Below are positions 28,118 through 37,514 of a stretch of 64,000 bases of DNA, one piece after another. The stretch is from Candidatus Nomurabacteria bacterium (GTDB taxonomy: Bacteria; Patescibacteriota; Minisyncoccia; Phycocordibacterales; UBA9973), in assembly GCA_029288805.1 (NCBI GenBank), contig JARIGO010000022.1:30754-94753 (forward strand), given 5' to 3'. Every line of letters begins with the position of its first letter. Within the stretch, counting starts at the first letter, position 1. Both the position numbers and the translations under genes were made by a program. The notes under the pieces are model-generated. The model was not told the DNA's origin and searched no databases. It was given only the letters and a program-made list of their open reading frames with translations.

Positions 28118-29122
28118 TTAGTCCTTTAAAGACAAGTTGAACTGAGCAAGGGCTTCTTTGATTTCAGTAATACCTTTATCGCCGATACCGTCGATTTCAA
28201 GAAGGTCGTCTACACGCTTGCGTGCAATACCACCAACAGTACGAATGTTTGCAGCTGAAAGCGCATTCAATGTACGAGTTGAAAGTCCGATACTGTCGAT
28301 ACGATTTTTCAATACGTCAGTAACATCTACTGCTTCCTCATCAGATGCAGCTGTTTCTTCGTCTGAAATCATAGAATCCATTACTGGAGCCTTTGCAGTT
28401 GTCTGTGCTTGTATGTCAGCAATGATCTTTCCACTATCAACTGAGATGATAGCTGCAAGTTGTTCAATCATTGTCTGTACTGATGTTTCAAGAGCTTCTC
28501 GAGGAGAAAGTGTGCCATCAGTTTCGATTGTAAGTCGAAGGCGGTTAAAGTTAGTCTTATCCCCCACACGCATTTCCTCTACGTCATAGCTCACGCGACG
28601 AATTGGAGAGAAAATTGCATCCAAGAAAATAGTACCAATATCTGCCTTCTGCTTGTGATGTGCATCACGAGGCACGAAGCCAAGACCACGTTCGATAGTG
28701 ATCTCAACATTCAAAGCGGCCTTACCGGTGATTTCACAAATGTACTGGTCTGTATTTGATACAGTTACTGCACCCTTGGCATTGATGTCAGCGGCAGTAA
28801 CGATCTTTGGTCCTTTTACTGAAAAAGAAACTTTTGCTGGCTCATCACCAACAAGCTGGAAGCGAACGTTTTTTAGGTTTAGCAAAATAGTGATAACGTC
28901 TTCCTTCACGCCTTCGATAGTAGAAAATTCGTGTGATACGCCATCGATTTTGATAGCGGTAATAGCTGCACCTGGAAGTGAAGAAAGGATGATGCGTCGT
29001 AGAGAGTTACCGAGTGTGTAACCGTATCCTGGAACCAAGCCATCTATTTCAAAGATGCCTTTGTTACCCTCTTCAAGTATTGCTTTTGGTTTTGATGGAA
29101 GAATGATTTTTTGCTCGCTCAT
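28118..29122 (-). CDS. rpoA: DNA-directed RNA polymerase alpha subunit
   Basis: YGYTLGNSLRRIILSSLPGAAIT N-terminal domain and the C-terminal alpha-CTD. Start set at MSEQKIILP. Confidence 0.93.
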   Translation of the reverse strand: MSEQKIILPSKPKAILEEGNKGIFEIDGLVPGYGYTLGNSLRRIILSSLPGAAITAIKIDGVSHEFSTIEGVKEDVITILLNLKNVRFQLVGDEPAKVSFSVKGPKIVTAADINAKGAVTVSNTDQYICEITGKAALNVEITIERGLGFVPRDAHHKQKADIGTIFLDAIFSPIRRVSYDVEEMRVGDKTNFNRLRLTIETDGTLSPREALETSVQTMIEQLAAIISVDSGKIIADIQAQTTAKAPVMDSMISDEETAASDEEAVDVTDVLKNRIDSIGLSTRTLNALSAANIRTVGGIARKRVDDLLEIDGIGDKGITEIKEALAQFNLSLKD

Positions 29123-29173
29123 ATAGTGAAATATAGTACCATTATTTTGTAATTCGTGCAACTTTGTGTTCTA

Positions 29174-29785
29174 TTAACGACTGTAGAACTCAAGAACGGT
29201 TTCCAACTGAAGAAATGACTCTTCATTTTTTGGCTTAGCGACAACTTCTGCCTGAAGGGCTTCAGGGGTAAGCTTCAACCATTTTGGCCAAGTGTAATTT
29301 TTTACCTTAGTACTAAAATCCGTAAAGATTGGACTCTTGCGAGAACCTTCACGCACTGCAATAACATCTCCAACGTGTACGGCTTGTGACGCTACTGTAG
29401 ATTTCTTCCCATTGACGGTGAAGTGCCCATGAGAAACAAGCTGACGTGCGAAGCGACGAGTATGTGCAAAACCAAGACGGTATACAACGTTATCAAGACG
29501 ATTTTCTAGTTCTTCGAAGAGCTTGTCAGTTACAGGCATGCCCTTAACTGCAGTTGCACTTTTCACATAGTTTGAAAGCTGACGTTCACTGATACCATAT
29601 GAAAAACGCACCTTTTGCTTCTCAATAAGCTGGGTACCGAAACCAGACAATGCCTTTGGGCGCTTGCCTTTTCCTATCTTTGACTTCTTTGCTTCAGATA
29701 GGAGGTACTTTGGAGTCTGACACTTTTCGTACACACCAGCTCCAAGGCGACGACACATTTTGTATTTTGCTGCTACATTACTCAT
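29174..29785 (-). CDS. rpsD: 30S ribosomal protein S4
   Basis: 203 aa. S4 N-terminal and S4 RNA-binding domains. Canonical position after rpsK. Confidence 0.93.
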   Translation of the reverse strand: MSNVAAKYKMCRRLGAGVYEKCQTPKYLLSEAKKSKIGKGKRPKALSGFGTQLIEKQKVRFSYGISERQLSNYVKSATAVKGMPVTDKLFEELENRLDNVVYRLGFAHTRRFARQLVSHGHFTVNGKKSTVASQAVHVGDVIAVREGSRKSPIFTDFSTKVKNYTWPKWLKLTPEALQAEVVAKPKNEESFLQLETVLEFYSR

Positions 29786-29800
29786 ACGTTTATATAATTA

Positions 29801-30235
29801 CTATACTCTTCGAGGCTTCTTTGCCTTAGGACCATTGTGAGGAACCGGTGTACGGTCCTTGATTGATAATAGTTCGATACCAGGTGCAACGAAGGCACGA
29901 ACCAATGGTTCACGTCCACTACCTACACCCTTGATCACTGCGTGTACTTCCTTGATACCAGCAGTTACGGCCTTTTCAGCCAATACTTCACCTACCTTTG
30001 AGGCAGCGAATGGAGTACCCTTTTTAGCACCCTTGAAGCCAAGTGAGCCAGATGAAGACCAGAAAAGGATATTTCCCTTTACGTCACTAACAACTGCCTT
30101 TGTATTGTTGAATGTTGCTTCAATAGCCAACACTGCTGTAGTGAGTTTCTTTTTTGGAGTGCGTCCAACAGCGCGACCGCGCTTGTCTGCGTCCACCAAT
30201 TGTCCTTCTTGAGTTGCAATTCGTTTCTTTCCCAT
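29801..30235 (-). CDS. rpsK: 30S ribosomal protein S11
   Basis: 144 aa with the S11 signature. Confidence 0.93.
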   Translation of the reverse strand: MGKKRIATQEGQLVDADKRGRAVGRTPKKKLTTAVLAIEATFNNTKAVVSDVKGNILFWSSSGSLGFKGAKKGTPFAASKVGEVLAEKAVTAGIKEVHAVIKGVGSGREPLVRAFVAPGIELLSIKDRTPVPHNGPKAKKPRRV

Positions 30236-30240
30236 ACTAA

Positions 30241-30621
30241 TTATGTCTTACTTTCCTTACGGCGACCACTTCCCATAGTGTTGCGAACGTTACCGCGAAC
30301 AGTACGAGAGTTTGTTTTTGTGCGCTGGCCGTTTACTGGTAATTTGCGCATGTGACGAACGCCACGGTATGCCTTGATATCTTTCAAGCGCTTGATGTTT
30401 GCTGAGATTTCACGCTTGAGGTTTCCTTCAATTGTGCGGTCTTCAATATTCTTACGAATAGTGTTTTCCTGGTCAACAGTAAGATCTGTTGGTTTTGTTT
30501 CTGGAGCTACACCAGCATCAGTAAGTACTTTCACTGCTGTTGCGCGACCAATACCATACAAAGTGGTAAGACCAATATCAAGTCGCTTTTCATTTGGAAT
30601 GTTTATACCTAAAATACGCAT
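30241..30621 (-). CDS. rpsM: 30S ribosomal protein S13
   Basis: MRILGINIPNEKRLDIGLTTLYGIGRATA... Confidence 0.95.
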   Translation of the reverse strand: MRILGINIPNEKRLDIGLTTLYGIGRATAVKVLTDAGVAPETKPTDLTVDQENTIRKNIEDRTIEGNLKREISANIKRLKDIKAYRGVRHMRKLPVNGQRTKTNSRTVRGNVRNTMGSGRRKESKT

Positions 30622-30634
30622 ATAGTACTAAATT

Positions 30635-30745
30635 TTATTGTTTCTGCTTGTGCTTAGGGTTGTCGCAGATCACCACTAAGTGCCGATTGCGCTTCACAAT
30701 CTTACACTTATCACACATTTTTTTAACTGTTGATTTGATCTTCAT
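30635..30745 (-). CDS. rpmJ: 50S ribosomal protein L36
   Basis: 36 aa. [36 protein letters not shown] carries the C-x2-C-x12-C-x4-H zinc ribbon. It falls below the ORF track size cutoff and was found by reading the gap between infA and rpsM. Confidence 0.85.
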   Translation of the reverse strand: MKIKSTVKKMCDKCKIVKRNRHLVVICDNPKHKQKQ

Positions 30746-30795
30746 AAAATAAAAAATTGCAGCTCAATGAGTCAAGCGGGAGTAGTATATACTAT

Positions 30796-31017
30796 TTACC
30801 CTCTTCTGACAATACGTCCTTTTCCACCGTAGGGATCGAGCAAAACATCGACTGTATCGCCCACCAAAACCTTGATTCTGTGGAGTCGCATCTTCCCTGC
30901 GAGATAACAAACGAGAGTATCACCCGAATTATTTCCACCGACAAGTTCTACCCGAAACATAGTATTCGGAAGAGCTTCTTGGACGACACCTTTAACTGGT
31001 TCTTCTTGTGCTGACAT
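30796..31017 (-). CDS. infA: translation initiation factor IF-1
   Basis: 73 aa S1-like OB fold (VVQEALPNTMFRVELVGG...). Confidence 0.95.
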   Translation of the reverse strand: MSAQEEPVKGVVQEALPNTMFRVELVGGNNSGDTLVCYLAGKMRLHRIKVLVGDTVDVLLDPYGGKGRIVRRG

Positions 31018-31060
31018 TTGCAGATGACACTATACTAAATTTTCTTATACGGGTCAAGCA

Positions 31061-32347
31061 TTATTTCACTTCTACCGTTATGCGATCTGATTTATACGGG
31101 AAATACGGCGCCCAAAACGGAAATAATGAGTATTGTGCCGTGTCTATTTCTTGAATTCCGCTTAAGGCACCCATAAATGACCCGCGTGATATGCCCAAAA
31201 CGTCTTGTTTAACGGCATCAAGCGGTACGTTGGTAATGATGGTACCCGTTCCAGAAACATCAAGACTGATTGAGCTAGGAATGCCATTTGGATCTGTAGG
31301 CAACGCTGTCATTGGTGTCACATGAATGCCTCCAAGATCCGGAATGCTCACGTCGGGATAGACATGGTCACTGATAGCTTTTGCCGCTATTGCCTGCTCA
31401 AAACCGTCTCGAGGAACAAGGTATGACACCATAGTACCTTTCAAGGTAGCAGAAAACTGAATAGTATTTCCTTGCAAGACGGTGGCATTGTTATCGATGG
31501 CAGTAAACTGCAGACTTGGAAACGTTATAAGGTTGCTTGGAATCTGTGAACTGGTTTCTCGAGACAGTTTCTCTTCCAAGGCTGCCTGCAGTGTTGCCAA
31601 CGCTTGTTGTTTGTCAGCATCAGAAAGAGTATGCATTGCCCCGTTTTGTCCACCCGTGATGGCACCCGCAGAGCTAGCGTAAAAAGTTTTTGAATTAGCA
31701 CCTGTCCAACCGCTAATGGTAAATGTAGTGCCGTCGGAATTATACGCAGGGCCAACACCTGCGGCAGTGATGGCTACCGTTGCACTGCCGGCAGTTTTTT
31801 TGTTACCAGTTCCCGTGTACCCAGGAACACTGACCGTGGCAGTAGTCACATATTTCTCGCCATTGGCGCCAGTTAGCGTGGTGCCGCTGCGTACAGTCTG
31901 ACTCTTTGTGCTGTATTGATTGAAAATGACGGCCTGACCGGTAGCCTTTGTGGTACTAGTAGTCATGGCTGAACCAAAGACCTGACGCGTTACCGAGTCA
32001 GTTACTACCATAGTTTGGAATGACAGGCGGCCCGGATCTGCAATGTTTTGATTTTGCACGTCGACTTCGGTATCAAGCAGTGAGAATGGGATTTGGCGCT
32101 GAGTGACGATAACCTTGGCATGCACAAAAATCATGCCGCCAAGATAGAGCAAAACAATAAAAGCCAATGCTCCTCCTACGATAAAGATTTTCTTCCATCG
32201 AGAACGTGGAGACTCCTCTATATATGTCTTTTCTATAATGCGAGGACGGCGTGGTGGCTGAGCAGGCAATGTCGCCTCCTTGTCCAAGTCATGCTCGCCT
32301 TTGTCTTGGTGATCCTTGCGAATCACGTCATAGAGTTTCAATGCCAT
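31061..32347 (-). CDS. hypothetical bitopic membrane protein: basic cytoplasmic N-terminus, one TM, Thr/Gly/Ala-rich extracytoplasmic domain
   Basis: 428 aa. TM at about residues 55-77. The large T/G/S-rich region suggests a surface or stalk protein. No confident family match. Confidence 0.45.
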   Translation of the reverse strand: MALKLYDVIRKDHQDKGEHDLDKEATLPAQPPRRPRIIEKTYIEESPRSRWKKIFIVGGALAFIVLLYLGGMIFVHAKVIVTQRQIPFSLLDTEVDVQNQNIADPGRLSFQTMVVTDSVTRQVFGSAMTTSTTKATGQAVIFNQYSTKSQTVRSGTTLTGANGEKYVTTATVSVPGYTGTGNKKTAGSATVAITAAGVGPAYNSDGTTFTISGWTGANSKTFYASSAGAITGGQNGAMHTLSDADKQQALATLQAALEEKLSRETSSQIPSNLITFPSLQFTAIDNNATVLQGNTIQFSATLKGTMVSYLVPRDGFEQAIAAKAISDHVYPDVSIPDLGGIHVTPMTALPTDPNGIPSSISLDVSGTGTIITNVPLDAVKQDVLGISRGSFMGALSGIQEIDTAQYSLFPFWAPYFPYKSDRITVEVK

Positions 32348-32354
32348 ATCAGTA

Positions 32355-33512
32355 TTATATCAATCGTTCAATAAAAAGCGCGCCGAGTGCCAAGCCGGTA
32401 TCAGGTTGCTCCATGCTGATAACCTTTATAGAGGATGAAAGGTTAAGAATGTCCACAAAATGCACATCAATCTCTGAAACGGCTGCGCTATGCAGTAAGA
32501 ACGGATCGGTACTGATAGTTTGACTAAATACATTTTCAAAGCGATGGTCAGACACAACATAGCAATCCGAAGGAAATCGCACGCTGGTATTGCCTTGATC
32601 AACAAGCGCATGAAAACCTTTCTGCCAGGTAGCGGAAAAAGACTGTAATGCTTTTTCAATAACACGACCGTTATTTGGAGAAAGTTTCTTAAGGCGGTAT
32701 GCCTCCACCAATGTGCGGGCTTCCATAAGACTGCCAGTCACATTGCTCAATGTGCGATAGAGTTCATATGTACCAACTGGAAATGACTGTTGGGAAATAA
32801 CAGCACTGTTTTTTACAAATGCCACATCCGTCACTTCTTCACCAACATCAACGATGACGCAATCCTTGGCAATGCCGCCATTGTCACGAAGAGCCACGAA
32901 TGCAGCGTATGAGCCAGTGGTAACCTGTATCTTTCGATCACCATAGCTCCGGCGCAGGATACTGGTAAAGCGTTCTGCTACAACCTTTGGTATAAGCGTG
33001 ACATGGAGGACGATTTCAAGCGATTGCACTTTTTTGCCATACGGATCGGCAGTTTCATAGCCATTCAACAGCACATGCGAGAGTTGCTGTTCAGCCAACG
33101 CAAACGTATCTCCAAGCTTTTGATTGTCACCGTCAGGCTGTTTCAGCAAAAAGGCAATTTCCTTTTCAATAAGCGAGTCAACAAGACGCTGCGTGCATGA
33201 AAATGCCGTTGCTCTGTTGTATGTAATAGTGCGCGTGTAGGAGTTATACCACGGTGAACCCAATACTACCTGAATCATGGAAGGATGGTGCACATCCGCA
33301 GTGCGAACATGCTGTATGACGGTTTCCAATGTCTTGGCAGTGTCCTCAACAAAGCGCTCTATGGTTATTTCTTCCTCAAGACCGCTATCACGACGTTCTT
33401 GTACAAGGATAGTGACAGAATTTTTTCCATCGACGTGTTCAACCAATGCATGCGCACCACCAACACTACTCGAACTAATATCAAAGACAGCAACTGCAGT
33501 GCTTTTACTCAT
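32355..33512 (-). CDS. actin-like ATPase-fold protein (PilM/FtsA-like ASKHA family)
   Basis: 385 aa. The N-terminal VAVFDISSSSVGGA phosphate-1-like motif and CVIVDVGEEVTDVAFV phosphate-2-like motif are typical of the FtsA/PilM/MreB fold. Confidence 0.5.
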   Translation of the reverse strand: MSKSTAVAVFDISSSSVGGAHALVEHVDGKNSVTILVQERRDSGLEEEITIERFVEDTAKTLETVIQHVRTADVHHPSMIQVVLGSPWYNSYTRTITYNRATAFSCTQRLVDSLIEKEIAFLLKQPDGDNQKLGDTFALAEQQLSHVLLNGYETADPYGKKVQSLEIVLHVTLIPKVVAERFTSILRRSYGDRKIQVTTGSYAAFVALRDNGGIAKDCVIVDVGEEVTDVAFVKNSAVISQQSFPVGTYELYRTLSNVTGSLMEARTLVEAYRLKKLSPNNGRVIEKALQSFSATWQKGFHALVDQGNTSVRFPSDCYVVSDHRFENVFSQTISTDPFLLHSAAVSEIDVHFVDILNLSSSIKVISMEQPDTGLALGALFIERLI

Positions 33513-33551
33513 GCGTACAGTATAGCAGTAAAAAATATTTTTTTGTTGTTA

Positions 33552-33590
33552 ATAAAAAATCAGGAGGTCCGACCTCCTGATTTTTTATGA
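33552..33590. terminator. terminator after alaS; copy 2 of the repeated palindromic terminator
   Basis: AAAAAATCAGGAGGTCcGACCTCCTGATTTTTT; this is the reverse complement of the 17234-17271 copy. Confidence 0.75.
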
Positions 33591-35324
33591 AAGTGTTGCC
33601 TTGATGCGGCGCACGCCGGCAGCGACGGCTTCTTCTTTTTGAATCTTGAATGTTCCAAGATCGCCAGTGTGCTCAACGTGAGGGCCACCACAAAACTCTT
33701 TTGACACCGCATTTCCCTCTTTGTCTTCGATAAAGTACACACTGACAGTATCAGGATACTTCGTACCAAATTCCATTTCGGCACCGATCTTTTCCGCTTC
33801 ATCACGAGGCATTTCACGACGACAAACCTGATGGTCGGCCTTGATCCATTCATTCACCTGATCTTCAACTGCTTTCTTTTCCTCATCAGTCATCTTGCGA
33901 TCAAAGTTAAAGTCGATACGCAAACGCTCTTCAGTAATGTTACTTCCCCGCTGGTGTACTTCTGGACCGAGCACTTTTTGCAATGCGGCGAGCAATAAAT
34001 GGTGTGCGGTATGAAGCTTCACGGTTATTTCGGACGTATTAGCCAACCCACCTTTGAATTTTTGCTCTGCACCTTTGCGTGACGCTTCCTGATGAGCCTT
34101 CATTTGTTCGTGAAAACCAGCCACGTCTATTTCTTGCTGTTTTTCCTGAGCAAGCTCAACGGTTAATTCAATTGGGAAACCGTATGTTGTCGCCAATGTG
34201 AACGCATCAGTACCTTTTTCAAATTCCTTTAATCCTGATTCAAGAGTTTTTTGAAACTTGTCCTCTTCGTCAGATATTACTTTTGAAATAACTAGAATAT
34301 CTAAATCAGAATAAACGTTTTTATAGAGATCAACATAGTCAGTAACGGTATTTGAGACAAAGCGCGTAGGAAGTTTTAAGTTTCTAGCCTGCATAACAGC
34401 CCGACGAATCAATCGACGCAACACGTACCCCTGATCTTTATTAGAAGGAGTAACACCGTCACCGATAAGAAACATTGCGCTACGAGCATGGTCAGCAACA
34501 ATACGAGCAGATCTTTCATTGTAATCAGTAGAAGCGAGCTTTATTGCGCTCATGAATGGTGCGAACAAATCTGTCTCAAACACATTGGACTTCCCTTGCA
34601 CCATCATCGTAATGCGCTCAAGGCCACTTCCTGTGTCCACGTTCTTTTGAGCAAGCTTGCCGATTACCACGCCATCCTTCTTTTCATACTGCATGAACAC
34701 ATCATTCCAAATTTCCACGAGATCTCCACGGTCATCCGCTTCGACGTACTGTTCATGAGACAGATCACCCAAGCCATGAGGCGTAACATCATAAAACATT
34801 TCAGTATCCGGACCACACGGACCATTGTCTCCAGGACTCCACCAGTTGTTTTTTGCTGGCAGGAAATAAATGCGATGCTCTGGAATATATTGTTTCCAAC
34901 TTTCCACCGCTTCCATATCGCGAGGAGCATTATCATCACCTTCGAAAACAGTAATATAGAGACGAGACGGATCAAGCCCAAGACCTTCTTCCTTTGAAGT
35001 GAGGAATTCAAAACTCCACTTGATGGCGTCTTCCTTAAAGTAATCACCGAGTGACCAGTTGCCGAGCATTTCAAAAAATGTCAGGTGACGCGAATCGCCC
35101 ACATCATCAATATCGCCTGTGCGAACACATTTCTGTGCTGAGACAAGACGATTGCCCTGCGGATGAGACTCGCCCATGAGATATGGTACGAGTGGCTGCA
35201 TACCAGCAGTATTAAAGAGTACTGATGGGTCGTTCTTTGGCACCAGCGATGCAGACGGCAAAATGGCATGCCCGCGCTTGGCAAAAAAGTCCAGGAATCG
35301 TTGTCGGATTTCGTTTGAGTTCAT
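33585..35324 (-). CDS. alaS: alanyl-tRNA synthetase, short form (catalytic, tRNA-recognition and editing domains; no C-Ala/DHHA1 domain)
   Basis: N-terminal class II AlaRS core, editing HxxxH/CxxxH (HTAHHLLLAALQ ... GGPHVEHTGD). Ends about 280 aa before typical bacterial AlaRS. Start set at MNSNEIRQRF. Confidence 0.88.
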   Translation of the reverse strand: MNSNEIRQRFLDFFAKRGHAILPSASLVPKNDPSVLFNTAGMQPLVPYLMGESHPQGNRLVSAQKCVRTGDIDDVGDSRHLTFFEMLGNWSLGDYFKEDAIKWSFEFLTSKEEGLGLDPSRLYITVFEGDDNAPRDMEAVESWKQYIPEHRIYFLPAKNNWWSPGDNGPCGPDTEMFYDVTPHGLGDLSHEQYVEADDRGDLVEIWNDVFMQYEKKDGVVIGKLAQKNVDTGSGLERITMMVQGKSNVFETDLFAPFMSAIKLASTDYNERSARIVADHARSAMFLIGDGVTPSNKDQGYVLRRLIRRAVMQARNLKLPTRFVSNTVTDYVDLYKNVYSDLDILVISKVISDEEDKFQKTLESGLKEFEKGTDAFTLATTYGFPIELTVELAQEKQQEIDVAGFHEQMKAHQEASRKGAEQKFKGGLANTSEITVKLHTAHHLLLAALQKVLGPEVHQRGSNITEERLRIDFNFDRKMTDEEKKAVEDQVNEWIKADHQVCRREMPRDEAEKIGAEMEFGTKYPDTVSVYFIEDKEGNAVSKEFCGGPHVEHTGDLGTFKIQKEEAVAAGVRRIKATLS

Positions 35325-35359
35325 AATTAATACTTTATCAGAAAGACCACAAAAAGCCA

Positions 35360-37177
35360 TTAGGCACGCTTCTGAGTCTTAAGCCACGCCGCATACTTTT
35401 GGGACATATCTTCAAAACTTTTCTTGTTGTTTGCAATAACCTCCTTACCGCTGACAAGCGTGATATGAGCATCTAGGTTAATAGATTTCTTATAGTGAGG
35501 CTTTTTAGAAAGGGTTTCAATTCGTTCCTTTGCGGTTTTTAGAACAGAAGGAATGGAACGGGTTACATTTCTTATATAGGGCATAGCAGAAAGTTTTTTA
35601 CCAGTGGCAATTTTAACGAGTTCAGGAAAAGTTTTTGATGAACCATACTTCCAGACCTTTTTCATTTCCTTGGCTATGTGTGGATTGTCTACGATATATC
35701 CATACTTCTTAAAGAAGTATTCACGCCACTGCGAAAGCGCCAATTCCGCTAACGCATATCCCTGATATCCACACGCATTATCCCATGCATAAATATGAGG
35801 AACTCCCAGTACCCACAACGAATCAGCCGAGTAGTCGGAATACTTTTTCATTGCTTTCTTTGCAGCCGCAATAACCTTTTCTCCGGTAAGATTTTTTATT
35901 TCGTATACTTCTTTTTCAAAACCGCACACGCACATCAAACTCATCATGCCGAGCGGCTGTATAACGTGCAACGCCCTAACCCTCCGTTCAAAAAACGAAA
36001 ATGGGTATATTTCCCCTGCAGGATTTTTAGCATACCGAGATCTCCATTCTATGCTTGAGAAGACAGTATCGAGAAACATGCTTTGGGTTTCAGCCCACGC
36101 AGTTGAAGATGGTGGGTATTCATTATTAACACAAACATCTTTCATCTCCACGTTTAGCAAGTGAGCGGCATGTCCACCTTCATGAAAAAGCGTTTCAAGA
36201 CCCAAAGAAGATTGACCCGGTAAGCCGAGTACAACGTTGCATGTTAGCTGGGCCCTTCCAGGGATACGCTTCTTTCCCTCAAAGCGAATTGGTTCCGGCC
36301 AATGACAAAAGCCGTTGTCATATTTGCCCGCTCTGTCCAACAAATCAAACACCAACGCACTGCCTTGATATGTAATGCCAAGGGCAGCAAACGACTTACC
36401 CCATCGATCCAGGCTTTCTTCAAAAGGATAATATTGATCTTCCTCTTTCACAAAAGATCCAGCCATCATATAAGAAAAGTTCCACGGCTTGCGTAAGCCA
36501 GGCATGGTCTTTTCAAGCTTACGAATGTTTTCGAATCCATATTTTGTCTTTTCATAAATAGTGTCAAACAGCGTAAAGAGTTCCTTTTTGGTCATGCCTT
36601 CTTCAGTATCAAGCTTGAAAGCATAAAAATCCTCATAGCCCAATATCCTGGCATATTCATTACGCAACTGCACCAATGTTACATAGCGGTCTACACTTTC
36701 CAAGTTAAGCTTGGTCATGGCGTCAAAACACGCCTTGCGAACTGCTTCATCATCGGAGGTTCCTATTAATGACCTCATTGCATTTCTTGCTGCCTTTATA
36801 AATTTTCCAGTCTTGGGATCAATGTATCCTTCCTTGCGAGTAGCGTGCACCGTTTCAATTTTTGTTTCCAGTGCATTGATTTTTTCCTTAAGCGCACGAG
36901 CTTCTACGGGAACTTGGTATAGTGAAAAGAATCGCTGCCAGTATCCAAGTCGCTCTTTTGTTTCTCCGGTACTATGCTTGATATATTCATCAACTGCGTT
37001 TTTTAACATTTCATTAGCACGAAACTCATTGCGAGCTTTTGAGGCCAATTCTTTTTTGTCATTAACACTATGGTCACCCATAAAGCTGATCCAGAACAAG
37101 TCTTCAAATGTGGTGTGAATCTTTGAGTAAGTCGTATTGAGATAATGTAACAGCTCATCTGCGTTTTTCCATTTCAT
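35360..37177 (-). CDS. zinc metallopeptidase, M3 (oligoendopeptidase F-like) family
   Basis: 605 aa. HEGGHAAH zincin motif about 390 aa from the N-terminus. Length and helical architecture fit PepF/M3B; M32 is not excluded. Confidence 0.55.
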   Translation of the reverse strand: MKWKNADELLHYLNTTYSKIHTTFEDLFWISFMGDHSVNDKKELASKARNEFRANEMLKNAVDEYIKHSTGETKERLGYWQRFFSLYQVPVEARALKEKINALETKIETVHATRKEGYIDPKTGKFIKAARNAMRSLIGTSDDEAVRKACFDAMTKLNLESVDRYVTLVQLRNEYARILGYEDFYAFKLDTEEGMTKKELFTLFDTIYEKTKYGFENIRKLEKTMPGLRKPWNFSYMMAGSFVKEEDQYYPFEESLDRWGKSFAALGITYQGSALVFDLLDRAGKYDNGFCHWPEPIRFEGKKRIPGRAQLTCNVVLGLPGQSSLGLETLFHEGGHAAHLLNVEMKDVCVNNEYPPSSTAWAETQSMFLDTVFSSIEWRSRYAKNPAGEIYPFSFFERRVRALHVIQPLGMMSLMCVCGFEKEVYEIKNLTGEKVIAAAKKAMKKYSDYSADSLWVLGVPHIYAWDNACGYQGYALAELALSQWREYFFKKYGYIVDNPHIAKEMKKVWKYGSSKTFPELVKIATGKKLSAMPYIRNVTRSIPSVLKTAKERIETLSKKPHYKKSINLDAHITLVSGKEVIANNKKSFEDMSQKYAAWLKTQKRA

Positions 37178-37183
37178 GCCGGT

Positions 37184-37189
37184 ATTATA
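37184..37189 (-). promoter_or_regulatory. -10 box (TATAAT) 6 nt upstream of the peptidase ATG
   Basis: Minus-strand sequence gtgtTATAATaccggcATG. Confidence 0.35.
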
Positions 37190-37208
37190 ACACTACGATT
37201 CTGAAACA

Positions 37209-37250
37209 GAAAAAAGCGTGCCACTATGTGACACGCTTCGGTTATTTGTT
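37209..37250. terminator. terminator downstream of the 37258-37479 small gene
   Basis: AAGCGTG-ccactatgtga-CACGCTT hairpin with T-runs on both strands. Confidence 0.5.
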
Positions 37251-37257
37251 TGGGATT

Positions 37258-37479
37258 TTAGTATCCGCCAAGGCCGCTTGAGATCGCGCACTGGGTGCTG
37301 CGAGGGTCGCCTCCGCGAGTTTCAACATGCGCGTTATAAGGTAATTGACCAGGGCTATAATAGACCCGCTCACGACATGAAGTGGTAGCGTATGGATCAC
37401 AAGAAGAATATACGACACAACTCGACAGGCATGGCACGATGATAGCTGCTATCATCGCCACCAGGATAATTTTTCTCAT
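37258..37479 (-). CDS. small putative lipoprotein, Cys-rich
   Basis: 73 aa. Signal peptide with an LSSC lipobox. The gene has its own TATAAT about 25 nt upstream and its own terminator. Confidence 0.35.
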   Translation of the reverse strand: MRKIILVAMIAAIIVPCLSSCVVYSSCDPYATTSCRERVYYSPGQLPYNAHVETRGGDPRSTQCAISSGLGGY

Positions 37480-37514
37480 CTATATGTTATTTTTAAACTG
37501 TCTATATTATAGCA

